Below are positions 27,707 through 38,665 of a stretch of DNA of 64,000 nt, one piece after another (position 1 is the stretch's first letter; every line of letters starts with the position of its first letter). The notes under the pieces are model-generated. The model worked only from the letters and a program-made list of their open reading frames with translations, made no database searches and had not been told where the DNA came from. The position numbers and the translations under genes are program-made. This DNA comes from Emcibacteraceae bacterium. GTDB lineage: Bacteria > Pseudomonadota > Alphaproteobacteria > Sphingomonadales > Emcibacteraceae. The DNA is taken from positions 59,778-123,777 of the forward strand of contig JAWKXO010000001.1 in the NCBI GenBank assembly GCA_041396985.1, written 5' to 3'.

Positions 27707-28320
27707 GCGTCACTTTCTTCACCGGGCTTATAATAATCCGGCAAATGCATTTTGACCACTTCACTATCCTCCGCCCAGGCATGACAGCTATTGAGCACTA
27801 CTGGCTTCACATGGTCTTCATGATCCTGCTTTCTGGCGGCATTTTTCTGAATATTGCCCATCAATGTCTGAAAGGACACTGTTGCGAGTGGCTGAAGCAG
27901 TTCCGTGATATGGGTGCAGCCATTCCTGCCTTTAACCTTTTCATTTATGGCGCGGCGCCATCCGGGACCAATACGGATACCGATCAGCTGTTTATAGGCA
28001 TCTACGATGGCCGGACACATTTCAAACGGGCTATTGTCAGTTGCCGCCTCAACATCACGGATTAAAAACCGGTCATCCACTGTCAGTCGCACCCACATTT
28101 CATGGATTGGCTCGCCTGCTTTGATCCCCTGCCGCCAGCGGTTTTCAATGTCATAGCTTTTGATATCCGTCATATGGGCTTCAATATCCCATAGCCCGTC
28201 TTCACGGTGAAAACCGTTCAGTTCGATGCTGCGGGTATGGATTTTTTTTCGTGCGGCCGGTGCTGATAATGGCATTGAGCGTTCCCAAATATTACTTAAA
28301 CTGTCTAATTTATATCCCAT
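27703..28320 (-). CDS. DUF2889-like protein
   Basis: 205 aa. Blocks [16 protein letters not shown]...[21 protein letters not shown]...CP...GCTHITELL resemble the DUF2889 family. Confidence 0.65.
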   Translation of the reverse strand: MGYKLDSLSNIWERSMPLSAPAARKKIHTRSIELNGFHREDGLWDIEAHMTDIKSYDIENRWRQGIKAGEPIHEMWVRLTVDDRFLIRDVEAATDNSPFEMCPAIVDAYKQLIGIRIGPGWRRAINEKVKGRNGCTHITELLQPLATVSFQTLMGNIQKNAARKQDHEDHVKPVVLNSCHAWAEDSEVVKMHLPDYYKPGEESDA

Positions 28321-28388
28321 TAAATGAATTTAGTCATGGTATTTACTGTGCTAATGGGTTATTTCAGGAAAAAATCCGGGAAGATGAT

Positions 28389-29075
28389 ATGACGAAAAAA
28401 GCGGTTGTTTTACTTAGTGGCGGTCTTGACAGCTCAACCTGTGTGGCGATTGCACAGGATCAGGGCTTCGATGTTTATGGGCTCAGCTTCCGTTATGGGC
28501 AGCGTGATACCCATGAACTGGATGCCGCCGAAGCGGTGGCAAAGGCCATGAACATCAAAAAGCATGTGATTATAGATATTGATCTGCGTGCCTTTGGCGG
28601 CTCGGCCCTGACCGATAATATAGATGTCCCAAAAGGAAGAACGTCGGAAGAAATGGATAGTGAAATTCCGGTCACATATGTCCCTGCCCGCAATACGATT
28701 TTTCTGTCCTTCGCTCTCGCCTTTGCTGAAACCTTAAAAAGTGATGATATCTTCATCGGTGTCAATGCTCTGGATTATAGCGGCTATCCCGATTGCCGCC
28801 CCGAATATATTGCTGCGTTTCAGGATATGGCCCGGCTTGCCACCAAAGCCGGTGTTGAAGGCGCCGGGGTTAGGATTAACACACCACTCATAAATATGAG
28901 CAAGGCCGAAATCATTAAAACCGGTCTGTCGCTAGGCGTAGATTATGGCCTGACCACCAGCTGTTATGACCCGGATCAGGACAGCATTGCCTGCGGTCAA
29001 TGTGACAGCTGCCTGCTGCGCCTTAAGGGCTTTGCTGAGGCCGGCACTAAAGACCCGATCAGGTATCAGTCGTGA
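28389..29075 (+). CDS. queC: 7-cyano-7-deazaguanine synthase
   Basis: The in-frame ATG at 28389 gives [18 protein letters not shown] (PP-loop). The C-terminal zinc cluster is [20 protein letters not shown]. The longer ORF-track start at 28251 is unlikely. Confidence 0.9.
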   Translation: MTKKAVVLLSGGLDSSTCVAIAQDQGFDVYGLSFRYGQRDTHELDAAEAVAKAMNIKKHVIIDIDLRAFGGSALTDNIDVPKGRTSEEMDSEIPVTYVPARNTIFLSFALAFAETLKSDDIFIGVNALDYSGYPDCRPEYIAAFQDMARLATKAGVEGAGVRINTPLINMSKAEIIKTGLSLGVDYGLTTSCYDPDQDSIACGQCDSCLLRLKGFAEAGTKDPIRYQS

Positions 29076-29704
29076 CCTATTCAGTAAAGGAAATATTCTA
29101 TACATTACAGGGCGAAGGGGCCCAAAGCGGTCGCCCGGCCGTTTTTTGCCGCTTTTCCGGCTGCAATCTCTGGTCCGGGCTTGAGCGTGACCGGGAAAAC
29201 GCCATCTGTAACTTCTGCGACACCGATTTTGTCGGCACAAACGGCGAAAATGGCGGTAAATTTAAAGATGCTGATGCGCTTGCCGATAAAGTTGCCAGCC
29301 TCTGGCCCCATGCGGATCAGGGAAAACCCTATATTGTCTGCACCGGTGGCGAACCGCTTTTACAGCTTGATGTACCACTCATCAAAGCCTTTCAGGCACA
29401 CGGGTTTGAAGTCGCGGTTGAAACCAACGGCACCATAAAAGCCCCTAAGGAACTGGACTGGGTCTGTGTCAGCCCGAAGGATATGAGCCAACTGGTTCAG
29501 ATATCAGGCGATGAACTGAAACTTGTCTATCCGCAGGATAATGTGCAGCCACAGGATATTGAAAAGCTGAAATTTACCCATTATTACCTGCAGCCGAAGG
29601 ATGAAGCGGGTATTGATCACACAAAAGAGGTCGTGGACTACTGCCTTCATCATCCGAAATGGAAATTAAGTCTTCAAACTCATAAGATTATTGGTATTTC
29701 TTAA
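29072..29704 (+). CDS. queE: 7-carboxy-7-deazaguanine synthase (radical SAM)
   Basis: IFYTLQGEG...[12 protein letters not shown]...CNFCDT is a QueE-type cluster. It overlaps the queC stop by 4 nt. Confidence 0.9.
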   Translation: MTYSVKEIFYTLQGEGAQSGRPAVFCRFSGCNLWSGLERDRENAICNFCDTDFVGTNGENGGKFKDADALADKVASLWPHADQGKPYIVCTGGEPLLQLDVPLIKAFQAHGFEVAVETNGTIKAPKELDWVCVSPKDMSQLVQISGDELKLVYPQDNVQPQDIEKLKFTHYYLQPKDEAGIDHTKEVVDYCLHHPKWKLSLQTHKIIGIS

Positions 29705-29710
29705 AGTTAT

Positions 29711-31105
29711 TTATGAAGTTTTTTCATTTGGATCTATTCTGAATATAGCCAGTCCCAACGCTGCCATGATCAGTGCGACTATGAAATTCAGGTAATTAAG
29801 AAACGCCCAGGGCGCATAATCAAACACAGCGACCCCCATCGCCCCCGAATAAAAGGCACCCCCTAATGACCAGGGCATCAGTGGCGTAATTAGCGTCGTG
29901 CTTTCTTCAATGGTTCGGGAGAGCATGCGCCGCTTTAGTCCCATTTCCCGGTATTTATTATTGAAAAGCTGGGCTGTTAAAACAATGGAAATATAGGACT
30001 GACCGGTTGCGATACTGGCAACAATCCCGGTCAGCATTGTCGCCGCAAGCAGTGAGAGTATATTTTTTAAGTGATTGAGTATTCCGGAAAGCAGTGCCGT
30101 CAAATACCCGACTTTGTCCAGCAGACCACCCAGTGCCATGGAAAAAAGCGCGATCGAAAAAGTGCCCATCATGCCCATAATGCCACCGCGGTTTAGAAGC
30201 CGGTCAAGGTCCGCATTGCCTGTCGCCGCCTTATAGCCTGTTTGAAGGCTGCTGAGTATTGAAATGATATTATGATGTTGCTGTAAAAGCGCAATGATAA
30301 TAGCCGTAAGCGACGCCAAAATCATTGTCGGCTCAGCCGGCACCCTTTTAAAACTGAGCCCGAACAAAACAACAAGCGGCAAAAACCCCCAAAGACTGAC
30401 AGTGTAATGATTTTCAATGGCCGCTTTAAATTCGATGATCCCTTCAGGCGAAAAGGCCTGTTCCGTATAGTTCATCCCGATCATTGTAAACAGGACCAGA
30501 CAGATAATATAAGTGGGAATGGTGGTATAAAGCATTGATTTTATGTGGGTGTATAGGTCCGTCCCCGTCGTCAGCGCCGCCATATTGGTGGTGTCCGACA
30601 CCGGCGACATTTTATCGCCGAAGCTGGCCCCGGCGATGACCATCCCGGCAACGATGGGAAGTGGTACCCCCATAGCGGCCCCAATGCCGATCAGGATCAC
30701 CCCGACTGTTGCCACCGTCCCGACCATGGTCCCGACACAGACCGACATAAAACTGCATAAAATAAGCCCCATTGGCAGGAACACGGCCGGATGGACCAGG
30801 TCAAGACCATAATAAACAATACTGGCAATTGTTCCGCTTTCCAGAAAACTGGCGACGACCACGCCAATCAGAATAAAAACATAGGCCGCCCCAAGGGCAT
30901 TATAAATGCCATCAGACATGATCTGCTTAATTTCCGAAAATTTAAAGCCAAGAAAATAGCTGTGAAGACTGGTCCAGATAATGCTTAAGATAAGAAGCAC
31001 CTGAATGCTGATCCGAAATGCGACAACACCGGTAACGATCATCACCAAAATACCGCCAAAACAGATCAACGCATGCCAGAATCCTGGTGTTTTTTGTGAA
31101 CTCAA
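29711..31105 (-). CDS. nhaC: Na+/H+ antiporter, NhaC family
   Basis: 464 aa polytopic protein. Its length and sequence pattern fit the NhaC family (GFKFSEI...GI..ALGAAYVFILIGVVV...). The call rests on overall resemblance. Confidence 0.75.
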   Translation of the reverse strand: MSSQKTPGFWHALICFGGILVMIVTGVVAFRISIQVLLILSIIWTSLHSYFLGFKFSEIKQIMSDGIYNALGAAYVFILIGVVVASFLESGTIASIVYYGLDLVHPAVFLPMGLILCSFMSVCVGTMVGTVATVGVILIGIGAAMGVPLPIVAGMVIAGASFGDKMSPVSDTTNMAALTTGTDLYTHIKSMLYTTIPTYIICLVLFTMIGMNYTEQAFSPEGIIEFKAAIENHYTVSLWGFLPLVVLFGLSFKRVPAEPTMILASLTAIIIALLQQHHNIISILSSLQTGYKAATGNADLDRLLNRGGIMGMMGTFSIALFSMALGGLLDKVGYLTALLSGILNHLKNILSLLAATMLTGIVASIATGQSYISIVLTAQLFNNKYREMGLKRRMLSRTIEESTTLITPLMPWSLGGAFYSGAMGVAVFDYAPWAFLNYLNFIVALIMAALGLAIFRIDPNEKTS

Positions 31106-31412
31106 CGATAATTCCCTTTATTTCCCATAGTTTTACAGTTTGATGCCATTTGATCAAAAGGCCGGATCTTTTTTTAAAAACACTACAGCGATAAAAATTT
31201 TTATTCAATTGTTATTCTTTTAAAATCAGATATGGGAATATGATTTATCAATTATTCCAACCTCATTATTCAATATTTATTTTTCTGAAAATCACCCTTA
31301 AATTTCCGCCCCAATAGTCTACAACCTAGAGAATAAGCGGCTTACAGACTATTTCACCATTTGCTCTACATTGACTTTTTGGCAAAAATAATGTTTAATA
31401 CCAAGATATTTT

Positions 31413-32420
31413 ATGACTTTAATTAGCTTAGTTTTTAAGTTGAAGCATTTTTTTAAGTATGTTTCACTTTATGGAGTATCGAGTATGATATTTAAAAAGC
31501 TAATTGCTGCGTGTAGTCTAATTGCCTTCCCTACAGCATTCATTGTGACCTATTTTCTTAAAGTTTATGAAATCGGCTATAGTCTCCGTGTGCTCATTCC
31601 CGGCCTGATATTTATGCTCACCCTGCTGTCCATGTTTATTCTGGAGCAGCTTTATCATTATAAAAATGCGGTATCACAACGAAGGGTTCTGACCAGAGAT
31701 ATTGCCTCAACTATATTAAACGGTTTCTATACCAGCTCCATTCTTCATGGACTGCTAGGACCGTCTATTCTGTTCCTGCCAAATATGATTTTTGGACGCG
31801 ACGTGATCTTCAACTCATCCGATAAGCTTGGTCCCTTCTGGCTTCAGTTAATTCTGGTCTTTTTCTTTTATAGCTTCATCCGCTATGCCGTCCATCGGCT
31901 TCAGCATACAATTCCGTTTCTGTGGGAACTCCATTCCTATCACCATTCGGTTACCGATATCCGTATGCTTAATCTGTTTGTTTCCCACCCGTTTGACTAT
32001 GGTTTACGCAATGTGTTACCGGGGATGATCCTCGGACTGGTCGGGTTTGATGAAGGGGCTGTTTTTTTCAGTGCCGGGCTTCTAAGCACAGCAAGCATTT
32101 TTTCTCACTGTGGCTCGGGCGCCCCATCAGGAAAGCTGCTCAATTCCATTTTTATGACACCCGAAGTGCACCGCTGGCATCATTCCACAGTCACCCCTGA
32201 AGGGCATAAATATGCCGTCAATTATGGTGTCGGCCTAAATCTGTGGGACAAAATACTGGGTACTTACTATATGCCGGAGAAGGACGGCATTCCTGTGCCG
32301 CCCGACCATATGGGCCACCCTGAAGGCCTGCCGGATGAGCCAAATTATCTTAAGATACTTTTTCTCACCCGTTACTGGCCAAAATTTTTAAAGACGATGG
32401 TTGCCGGCAAAGAGGGCTAG
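31413..32420 (+). CDS. Fatty acid hydroxylase / sterol desaturase family membrane protein
   Basis: Three His boxes: HRLQH, HSYHH, HRWHH. N-terminal TM helices. The real start may be the ATG at 31485 (MIFKKLIAA...). Confidence 0.8.
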   Translation: MTLISLVFKLKHFFKYVSLYGVSSMIFKKLIAACSLIAFPTAFIVTYFLKVYEIGYSLRVLIPGLIFMLTLLSMFILEQLYHYKNAVSQRRVLTRDIASTILNGFYTSSILHGLLGPSILFLPNMIFGRDVIFNSSDKLGPFWLQLILVFFFYSFIRYAVHRLQHTIPFLWELHSYHHSVTDIRMLNLFVSHPFDYGLRNVLPGMILGLVGFDEGAVFFSAGLLSTASIFSHCGSGAPSGKLLNSIFMTPEVHRWHHSTVTPEGHKYAVNYGVGLNLWDKILGTYYMPEKDGIPVPPDHMGHPEGLPDEPNYLKILFLTRYWPKFLKTMVAGKEG

Positions 32421-33433
32421 GACCAGCCCTCCAGCACGAATTTGCCGATGGCCCGGCCCTCTTCAATGGTTCTGTGGACCTTTCGGATATTGTCGGCGTT
32501 AATCGGGCTGATCACTTCGCTTAAAGTTGTGATCAGCTCGTCACTGTCAATCATGGCTGCCGTTTCAGAAAGCAGTGCATTGATTTCGCCCATGTCCTCG
32601 GTTTGAAACATCGAACGGGTAAACATAAATTCAAAAGCAAATGTCGCGCTTTTTGGTTTTAAAAGATCAAGATTGCTGTCGCCGAAGAAATCAACGATGG
32701 TGCATATTTTGCCTTGCGGTCTGATTACATCGGTTATGGTTTTCCAGTATCCGGCAATATTGGTCAGACAAAGGACATAATGAACCTGCGGATGACCCAG
32801 CGTATCAAGCTGTTCGGGGATATCCTCATAATGATTGATGACATGGTCGGCCCCGCGCGCTTTACACCAGTCCGCGCTTTCCGGACGCGATGCCGTGGCA
32901 ATAATCGTCAGGTTACCGAGTTTTTTTGCCAATTGAATGGCGATTGAGCCAACACCCCCAGCCCCGCCAATCATCAGAATTGTTTTTCCGGCATCTTTTC
33001 CGCCCAGTGACACGCCAAGACGCTCGAACAAGGCTTCCCACGCGGTAATAGTGGTGAGCGGCAATGCGGCACTTTCCGCAAAGCTGAGCTTAGCCGGTTT
33101 TTTGGCGGCAATCCGTTCATCAACAAGCTGATATTCACTGTTTGACCCCGGCTTTGTAATGCAGCCGGCATAATAAACCTCGTCACCAACCTCAAACATG
33201 GTGACATCATCGCCAACTGCTGTAACCACACCGGCCGCATCCCATCCCAGAACTCTTAAAGTTTCATCAGGATGCGGGCGTTTTCTGACCTTTGTGTCAA
33301 CAGGGTTTACCGAAACCGCTTTAACAGCGACGAGAAGATTGCGTCCTGTCGCCTCCGGTACGTCCAGTTCCACATCAAGAAAAGCTTCCGCTTCGTCAAC
33401 AGGCAGCGCTTTATATGATCCAACAGCTTTCAT
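32417..33433 (-). CDS. Zinc-type alcohol dehydrogenase-like / quinone oxidoreductase (MDR superfamily)
   Basis: GroES-like N-terminal domain (VAVKAVSVNPVDTKVR, GWDAAGVV), then Rossmann LMIGGAGGVGSIAIQLAK. Confidence 0.85.
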   Translation of the reverse strand: MKAVGSYKALPVDEAEAFLDVELDVPEATGRNLLVAVKAVSVNPVDTKVRKRPHPDETLRVLGWDAAGVVTAVGDDVTMFEVGDEVYYAGCITKPGSNSEYQLVDERIAAKKPAKLSFAESAALPLTTITAWEALFERLGVSLGGKDAGKTILMIGGAGGVGSIAIQLAKKLGNLTIIATASRPESADWCKARGADHVINHYEDIPEQLDTLGHPQVHYVLCLTNIAGYWKTITDVIRPQGKICTIVDFFGDSNLDLLKPKSATFAFEFMFTRSMFQTEDMGEINALLSETAAMIDSDELITTLSEVISPINADNIRKVHRTIEEGRAIGKFVLEGWS

Positions 33434-33553
33434 ATTGTTTCCTTATTTCCAATTTATTTTTTATTGCCGTATTTATATACAGATTCTACATTAAAACATT
33501 AGAGTTTTTTATAAAACCCTTTTTTAAAAGCATAATTTCTGCATAATTATGCA

Positions 33554-34972
33554 ATGGAAAAGATAATAATACAGGATCATTTCATCATTATGAAAAAATT
33601 ATTGATATCTCTCTCTTTGTTATTTCTGATCAGTAGTCAGGGTAATGCACAGGTCATCGACACCCCAAATCAGGCTCCAGAAATTTTACCGCTGCGCGAA
33701 CGGGCAACCCAGATGGATGAGATGACAAAATACCGTCTGGATACTTTGATCCCCGAACTGATGAGACGGGAAAGAATCACTGCCTGGGTGATCATATCAA
33801 GAGAATATAATGAAGACCCGGTGATGAAAACCATGCTGCCGGCGACATGGCTCAGTGCGCGGCGACGGACGGTTCTGATATTCCTTGACCATGGTCCGGA
33901 TGAAGGGGTCGAGCGACTTGCCGTTTCCCGTTATGATGTTGGGGACCTGTTCAAAGGAAGCTGGAACCCGGATGAGTTTCCAAACCAGTGGCGGCGAATT
34001 GCCCAGATACTTGATGATTTTGACCCAGACACAATTGCCCTTAACTATTCTGATGACTGGGCACACGCTGACGGGCTTACCTATAGCGAACAACGGGATT
34101 TTGTCTCCAACATTCCGGACCGCCTTAGAACCCGCATTGTATCAGCCGAGCGACTGGCCGTTGGCTGGCTGGAAACCAGAACCGACCGGGAACTGGCCCT
34201 TTATAATAATGTGATGGACATTGCCCACGCGATCATAGCCGAAGGCTTTTCAGGCAAAGTTATAACCCCGGGTGTCACCACAAGTGAAGATCTTGCCTGG
34301 TGGTACAGACAGCGGATTAACGATCTTGGCCTGTCCACCTGGTTTCATACAAGTATAGATATGGAACGCTCAGACGCCTCAAAGGATACTATTGAAAAAA
34401 ATAATCTTGACCCATCTGTCCTTTATAAGGGCGATCTGGTCCATATTGATTTTGGTATTTCCTATCTCGGCCTTCAAACCGATACCCAGCAACTGGCCTA
34501 TATCCTTCTGGACGGGGAAAGTGACGCACCGGAAGATTTAAAAATTGCCCTCAGAGGGGGAAACAGCCTTCAGGATATGTTGACCGGCAATATACAGGTT
34601 GGCCGAACCGGCAATGAAATTCTTAAAATGACCCGGGATCAGGCTATCGCCAATGACATAGGCCCGATTATATATACCCACCCGATTGGCCTTCATGGTC
34701 ATGCCGCCGGCACAACAATCGGCATGTGGGACCAGCAGGACGGCGTGCCGGGCAGTGGCAATTATCCAATACATGCAAATACCGCCTATTCCATTGAGCT
34801 GACAGCCGAGGTTAAAGTGCCCGGTGGCTGGAGCAAAGACCCGGTCAAAGTAAAACTTGAGCAGGACGGATATTTTGACGGCACCGCTTTTCATTATTTT
34901 GGCGAACGCCAGACAAAATTACATATCATTGACCCAAAACCGGGGCAGCCAGATGAACAGAATATGCCATAA
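33554..34972 (+). CDS. Secreted M24-family metallopeptidase (Xaa-Pro aminopeptidase-like)
   Basis: The probable start is 33590 (MKKLLISLSLLFLISSQGNAQ signal peptide). The C-terminal pita-bread domain has metal ligand blocks GDLVHIDFG, HPIGLHGH, SIELTAEV. Confidence 0.7.
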   Translation: MEKIIIQDHFIIMKKLLISLSLLFLISSQGNAQVIDTPNQAPEILPLRERATQMDEMTKYRLDTLIPELMRRERITAWVIISREYNEDPVMKTMLPATWLSARRRTVLIFLDHGPDEGVERLAVSRYDVGDLFKGSWNPDEFPNQWRRIAQILDDFDPDTIALNYSDDWAHADGLTYSEQRDFVSNIPDRLRTRIVSAERLAVGWLETRTDRELALYNNVMDIAHAIIAEGFSGKVITPGVTTSEDLAWWYRQRINDLGLSTWFHTSIDMERSDASKDTIEKNNLDPSVLYKGDLVHIDFGISYLGLQTDTQQLAYILLDGESDAPEDLKIALRGGNSLQDMLTGNIQVGRTGNEILKMTRDQAIANDIGPIIYTHPIGLHGHAAGTTIGMWDQQDGVPGSGNYPIHANTAYSIELTAEVKVPGGWSKDPVKVKLEQDGYFDGTAFHYFGERQTKLHIIDPKPGQPDEQNMP

Positions 34973-36500
34973 AACCAGGGCCTTAATCGCTGCGCTCGTA
35001 TGTTGCCTTTTTCACGGCACAGTTTGGGCAAAGGAATTAAAATCATCCGATATTGATGCCATGGTTGGCGAAGTGATGAAGACATTTTCCATACCCGGCA
35101 TGGCCATCGGCATTATTCAGCATGGTCAGGTAAGCCATGCAAAAGGCTATGGTGTCAGATCCCTTAATGATGGCGGCGCCGTCGATGAAAACACCTATTT
35201 CGGGATTGCCTCGAACAGTAAAGGCTTTACCGCCACGGCCCTTGCCCTACTGGTCGAAGAAGGAAAAATAAGCTGGGACGACCCTGTTAAAAATTATCTG
35301 CCGGATTTTGAAATGTGGGATCCATATATCACGGATCATTTTATGATACGTGACCTGCTATCCCATCATACTGGTTTGCCGCTGGGCTCTGGCGATCTTA
35401 TGTGGTGGCCGGATGCCAATTATTCCCCGCAGGAAGTCATTTCAAAAATGCGGTTCTTGAAGCCGGACCGTGAATTTCGCACGACTTATGCCTATAACAA
35501 CCTGCCCTTTATTGTGGCCGGTGCCCTTATTCCGGCGGTGACTGGTCAGTCCTATCAGGATTTTCTGCAAAAGCGTATTTTTGACCCGCTTAATATGGAC
35601 CGCTGCACCGCCAATACACCAATAATGGCCAATGATCCCAATGTGGCCGAACCCCATGCAATTCTTGAAGCAAAACTGCAGCAGATCAAAAGATATCTTC
35701 AGCTTGACACTGTCGTAGGCGGCGCCGCAGCAGCAGGTATTGAATGCTCGGTCGATGATCTTCTCAAGTGGGAAAAAATGCATCTTGAAGGTGGCGAGCC
35801 CCTTATGAAAAAAGAAACCCATAACGCCCTTTGGCAGGTCAATACCGCCATGGATGTTACGCAGGATCAGATCAATCGCGATAAAACCCATTTTCGTGGA
35901 TATGGTCTTGGCTATAATCTGAATGACTATCACGGTGTTAAAATAATTTCCCATGGCGGCGCACTGGTCGGAATGTATTCCTATCTGGCAATGATCCCGG
36001 AACTTGATTTTGCCATTGCCATCGTTACCAATCAGCAATCCGGCGATGCCTATACTGTCTTAAAGACCATGATGATTAATTTTGTCATGGATGTGAAAAA
36101 TACTGAAACACCGGCAGAAATTCATGAAAAAAGCGAAAAAGCCCGTCTGACTGAAGTTAAAAGACTGTCTGAAATTAAGGAAAGCGGCAATCCTCCACTG
36201 CCTTTAAATTCTTATATTGGTACTTATAAGGATGACTGGTGGGATGATATTAAAATTACAGAACATGAAAACGGTCTTTATTTTACCTCAATACGCTCAC
36301 AGTCACTTCGCGGCAAAATGGTCCATTTTAAGGAAAATACCTTCATTGTCCGCTGGGATGATCGCACCCATGAAGCCGACAGTTATGTCATGTTTGAGAG
36401 TGATAAAAATGGAAAAATTGCCGCCTTTACCATGAAAGCCCTGTCAAACCGGACTGATTTCAGCTATGATTTTCATCATGTTCACCCAATAAAACAATAA
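34953..36500 (+). CDS. Beta-lactamase-related serine hydrolase (class C/PBP-like) with a DUF3471-like C-terminal domain
   Basis: The probable start is 34953 (MNRICHKTRALIAALVCCLF signal). Motifs: S-x-x-K in ASNSKGFT, Y-x-N in YAYNN, and HGG. The C-terminal block is YIGTYKDDWWDDIKITEHENGLYF. Confidence 0.85.
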   Translation: MNRICHKTRALIAALVCCLFHGTVWAKELKSSDIDAMVGEVMKTFSIPGMAIGIIQHGQVSHAKGYGVRSLNDGGAVDENTYFGIASNSKGFTATALALLVEEGKISWDDPVKNYLPDFEMWDPYITDHFMIRDLLSHHTGLPLGSGDLMWWPDANYSPQEVISKMRFLKPDREFRTTYAYNNLPFIVAGALIPAVTGQSYQDFLQKRIFDPLNMDRCTANTPIMANDPNVAEPHAILEAKLQQIKRYLQLDTVVGGAAAAGIECSVDDLLKWEKMHLEGGEPLMKKETHNALWQVNTAMDVTQDQINRDKTHFRGYGLGYNLNDYHGVKIISHGGALVGMYSYLAMIPELDFAIAIVTNQQSGDAYTVLKTMMINFVMDVKNTETPAEIHEKSEKARLTEVKRLSEIKESGNPPLPLNSYIGTYKDDWWDDIKITEHENGLYFTSIRSQSLRGKMVHFKENTFIVRWDDRTHEADSYVMFESDKNGKIAAFTMKALSNRTDFSYDFHHVHPIKQ

Positions 36501-36509
36501 GGCTAACAG

Positions 36510-37010
36510 GTGAAAGACAAAACAAAAAGGCTTCTCTATCTTGGTTTTGGATGGCTGATGTTTGCTGTCGGCTTTATCGGCGCTTTCCTGCCTGGCCTGC
36601 CGACGACTGTCTTCATGATCATCGCCCTTTGGAGCTTTTCCAAAGGCTCTGAAACCATGCATCACTGGCTTTATCATCATCCGCGGTTCGGCCCTGCCCT
36701 TCGTGACTGGGATAAATATCGGATGATCCCGATAAAAGCAAAAATTACCGCCTATGTTATGATGAGCCTGAGTGCAATTTATATGACATTCTTTGCTGAT
36801 ATTAATCCGATTTTACTGATTTGTGCTTTTGGCATGATGCTCTGGGGGGCCATTTATATTATGATTAAACCCAGCCGGCCATCAGAAGAAATAGAGCCTG
36901 AAACGCAGGAGCAGACTGAACAACAGAACGAAAAATCAGATAGTGAATTAAATCAGCCTTTTTCAGCCGGCAATCCGGAAGAGCCGACTACTCCTCCGCC
37001 AGCTCCATGA
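36510..37010 (+). CDS. ybaN: DUF454/YbaN-family inner membrane protein with an acidic, Pro-rich tail
   Basis: GTG start. LLYLGFGWLMFAVGFIGAFLPGLPTTVFMIIALWSFSKGSETMHHWL is the typical YbaN N-terminus. Confidence 0.75.
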   Translation: MKDKTKRLLYLGFGWLMFAVGFIGAFLPGLPTTVFMIIALWSFSKGSETMHHWLYHHPRFGPALRDWDKYRMIPIKAKITAYVMMSLSAIYMTFFADINPILLICAFGMMLWGAIYIMIKPSRPSEEIEPETQEQTEQQNEKSDSELNQPFSAGNPEEPTTPPPAP

Positions 37011-37932
37011 AATAATCTGCACGGGCATAAGGCGTATTTTCAGGTGGTGGCACTTCCTTGAAACCATATTTTTTATAAAGCGTAATAGCAGGAACCAAAC
37101 TTGAGTTGGTTTCAAGGAATAGTTCTCTCCCTCCCCTTGCCTTAAATCGCTCAAGAACTTTTTCAACGAGAAGATTTCCAATGCCATGGCCACGTGCTTC
37201 CTCAAGAACACCCATTTTGCTTAATTCAAATCGTGTTGGTGTAAATTTTTTAAGGGCAATGGCCCCTACCGGCTCCCCATCAAGCAGTGCAAAATATATT
37301 TCCCCACCCTTATCCAGAACATATTTTTCCGGATCATTGAGATTTATGATGTCTTCCTGTTCCATTTCGAACAGGGTTTCTATCCATTTCTGATTAATGA
37401 TACGCCAATATTCGCGGTATTTTACATCATAGGCAATGATCTCTATTTTTCTCTCGGAGTGTTCAGATTTTTGTTCATAATATCTTTGTGAGAATGATTT
37501 TTTTGCAAGTGCTGCTTCATAATCGGCAAGAGCATCCAGAATATTTGTATTGCATTCATCCAATACTGTCTTCATCGCGTCCTTAGCCGTTGACCAAATA
37601 GGATTAAGTTTTTCCATAAGTCTATTGCCGACGTCCGTGAGTGCTACAATTTTACTTCGGGCGTCGTCTCCCGGTTCAAGAAATAGAATATCCTTGGTAA
37701 CAAGTTTTTTGACTGTTTGACTGACGGCTGAATGTGAAAGACCGGAAAGCTGTTGAATGTCTGCTATAGTTAACGGGCCACGTTTCAGAACACAATAAAC
37801 AATCGGGAACTCTCGCCCGCTCATATCTACTTTTTCTGCTTTATAGATTTTATCGATTTCCGATGACAAATATTCAAAATTTCGTCGGCAACGGGTTCCT
37901 ATGCCAATTTCAAGAAACAATTCATCGCTCAT
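36988..37932 (-). CDS. MarR-type winged-helix regulator fused to a GNAT N-acetyltransferase
   Basis: N-terminal wHTH: LTIADIQQLSGLSHSAVSQTVKKLVTKDIL...DARSKIVALTDVGNRL. C-terminal GNAT: VGAIALKKF...LEEARGHGIGNLLVEKVLERFKARGGRELFLETN...AITLYKKYGF. Confidence 0.8.
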   Translation of the reverse strand: MSDELFLEIGIGTRCRRNFEYLSSEIDKIYKAEKVDMSGREFPIVYCVLKRGPLTIADIQQLSGLSHSAVSQTVKKLVTKDILFLEPGDDARSKIVALTDVGNRLMEKLNPIWSTAKDAMKTVLDECNTNILDALADYEAALAKKSFSQRYYEQKSEHSERKIEIIAYDVKYREYWRIINQKWIETLFEMEQEDIINLNDPEKYVLDKGGEIYFALLDGEPVGAIALKKFTPTRFELSKMGVLEEARGHGIGNLLVEKVLERFKARGGRELFLETNSSLVPAITLYKKYGFKEVPPPENTPYARADYFMELAEE

Positions 37933-38005
37933 AATGTATCACCATTTATATTAATATTAATATAAATACTTATATATCGAAATAAAAATGAATTTCAAGT
38001 GTAAG

Positions 38006-38665
38006 TTAACTACTGGGTTTCCAGCCATCAATCCATTCATCAAGCAACACGACATCCGGTGCTACCCCATTGGCACGAAACCAGCTGTCAATCGCATAAG
38101 ATACACCGCTTTCACGGTCAATCAGTGTTGCTGTGTTATGAAGGAGCATCAGACCAAACCTGTTTCCTCTTATGGCAATTGTGCCTATATCATGAAATCT
38201 CACATGCCCGGCTTTATTCAGCATCTGTAAATAGGTTGTTGTATTTATGCTTTCGTCAATACAGTCAAGCTGTCCTTTCGGGGCAAAGGTAAAAAGCCAT
38301 GATTTGGCGATATCATCGCTGGTACCGGTTTTAGGGCCAATAAATTTTTCCATTAGCCCGATTGCTTTCGGAATCCTTTCCCGTTCTTCAATTGCTGTAG
38401 CAGGTGGAGTGTCGAAAATTGCTTCGATCTGTGCCCATTCATCAGGGTCAAAAGAAGTCTGCTGTACTACATGGCACCCATAGGAAGAACAGTGGCTGAA
38501 CATGGTTGTTTCCGGTTCCGGGGCTCCTACTTCGGATTTAACCTTTTCTGCGGTTGTATAAGCACATCCACTGGTCATGAGAATACTCATGACCAGTGAA
38601 ATAAAATACTGTACTTTTCGTTTAATTTGACAATAAGTCGCTTGTGCTTGAACTATCATTACCAT
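38006..38665 (-). CDS. Predicted lipoprotein, function unknown (possible Cys-His-Asp hydrolase fold)
   Basis: Lipobox SILMTSGCAY. No family recognised with confidence. See findings for the LDCIDES / LLHNTA / AIDSW pattern. Confidence 0.5.
   Translation of the reverse strand: MVMIVQAQATYCQIKRKVQYFISLVMSILMTSGCAYTTAEKVKSEVGAPEPETTMFSHCSSYGCHVVQQTSFDPDEWAQIEAIFDTPPATAIEERERIPKAIGLMEKFIGPKTGTSDDIAKSWLFTFAPKGQLDCIDESINTTTYLQMLNKAGHVRFHDIGTIAIRGNRFGLMLLHNTATLIDRESGVSYAIDSWFRANGVAPDVVLLDEWIDGWKPSS

Noticed and set aside
28321-28388. A possible preQ1 riboswitch in the queC leader.
   Set aside because: The 68-nt spacer is shared with a divergent gene. It shows no preQ1-type stem followed by an A-rich tail and no conserved core that I could recognise.
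31140-31185. TTTGATGCCATTTGATCAAAAGG and GGCCGGATCTTTTTTT upstream of nhaC, considered as an FNR box or terminator.
   Set aside because: The half-site spacing does not fit TTGAT-N4-ATCAA. There is no convincing stem before the T-run and no upstream plus-strand gene to terminate.
35442-36038. A 198-aa minus-strand ORF.
   Set aside because: It is antisense to the beta-lactamase-like serine hydrolase gene and its translation is featureless.
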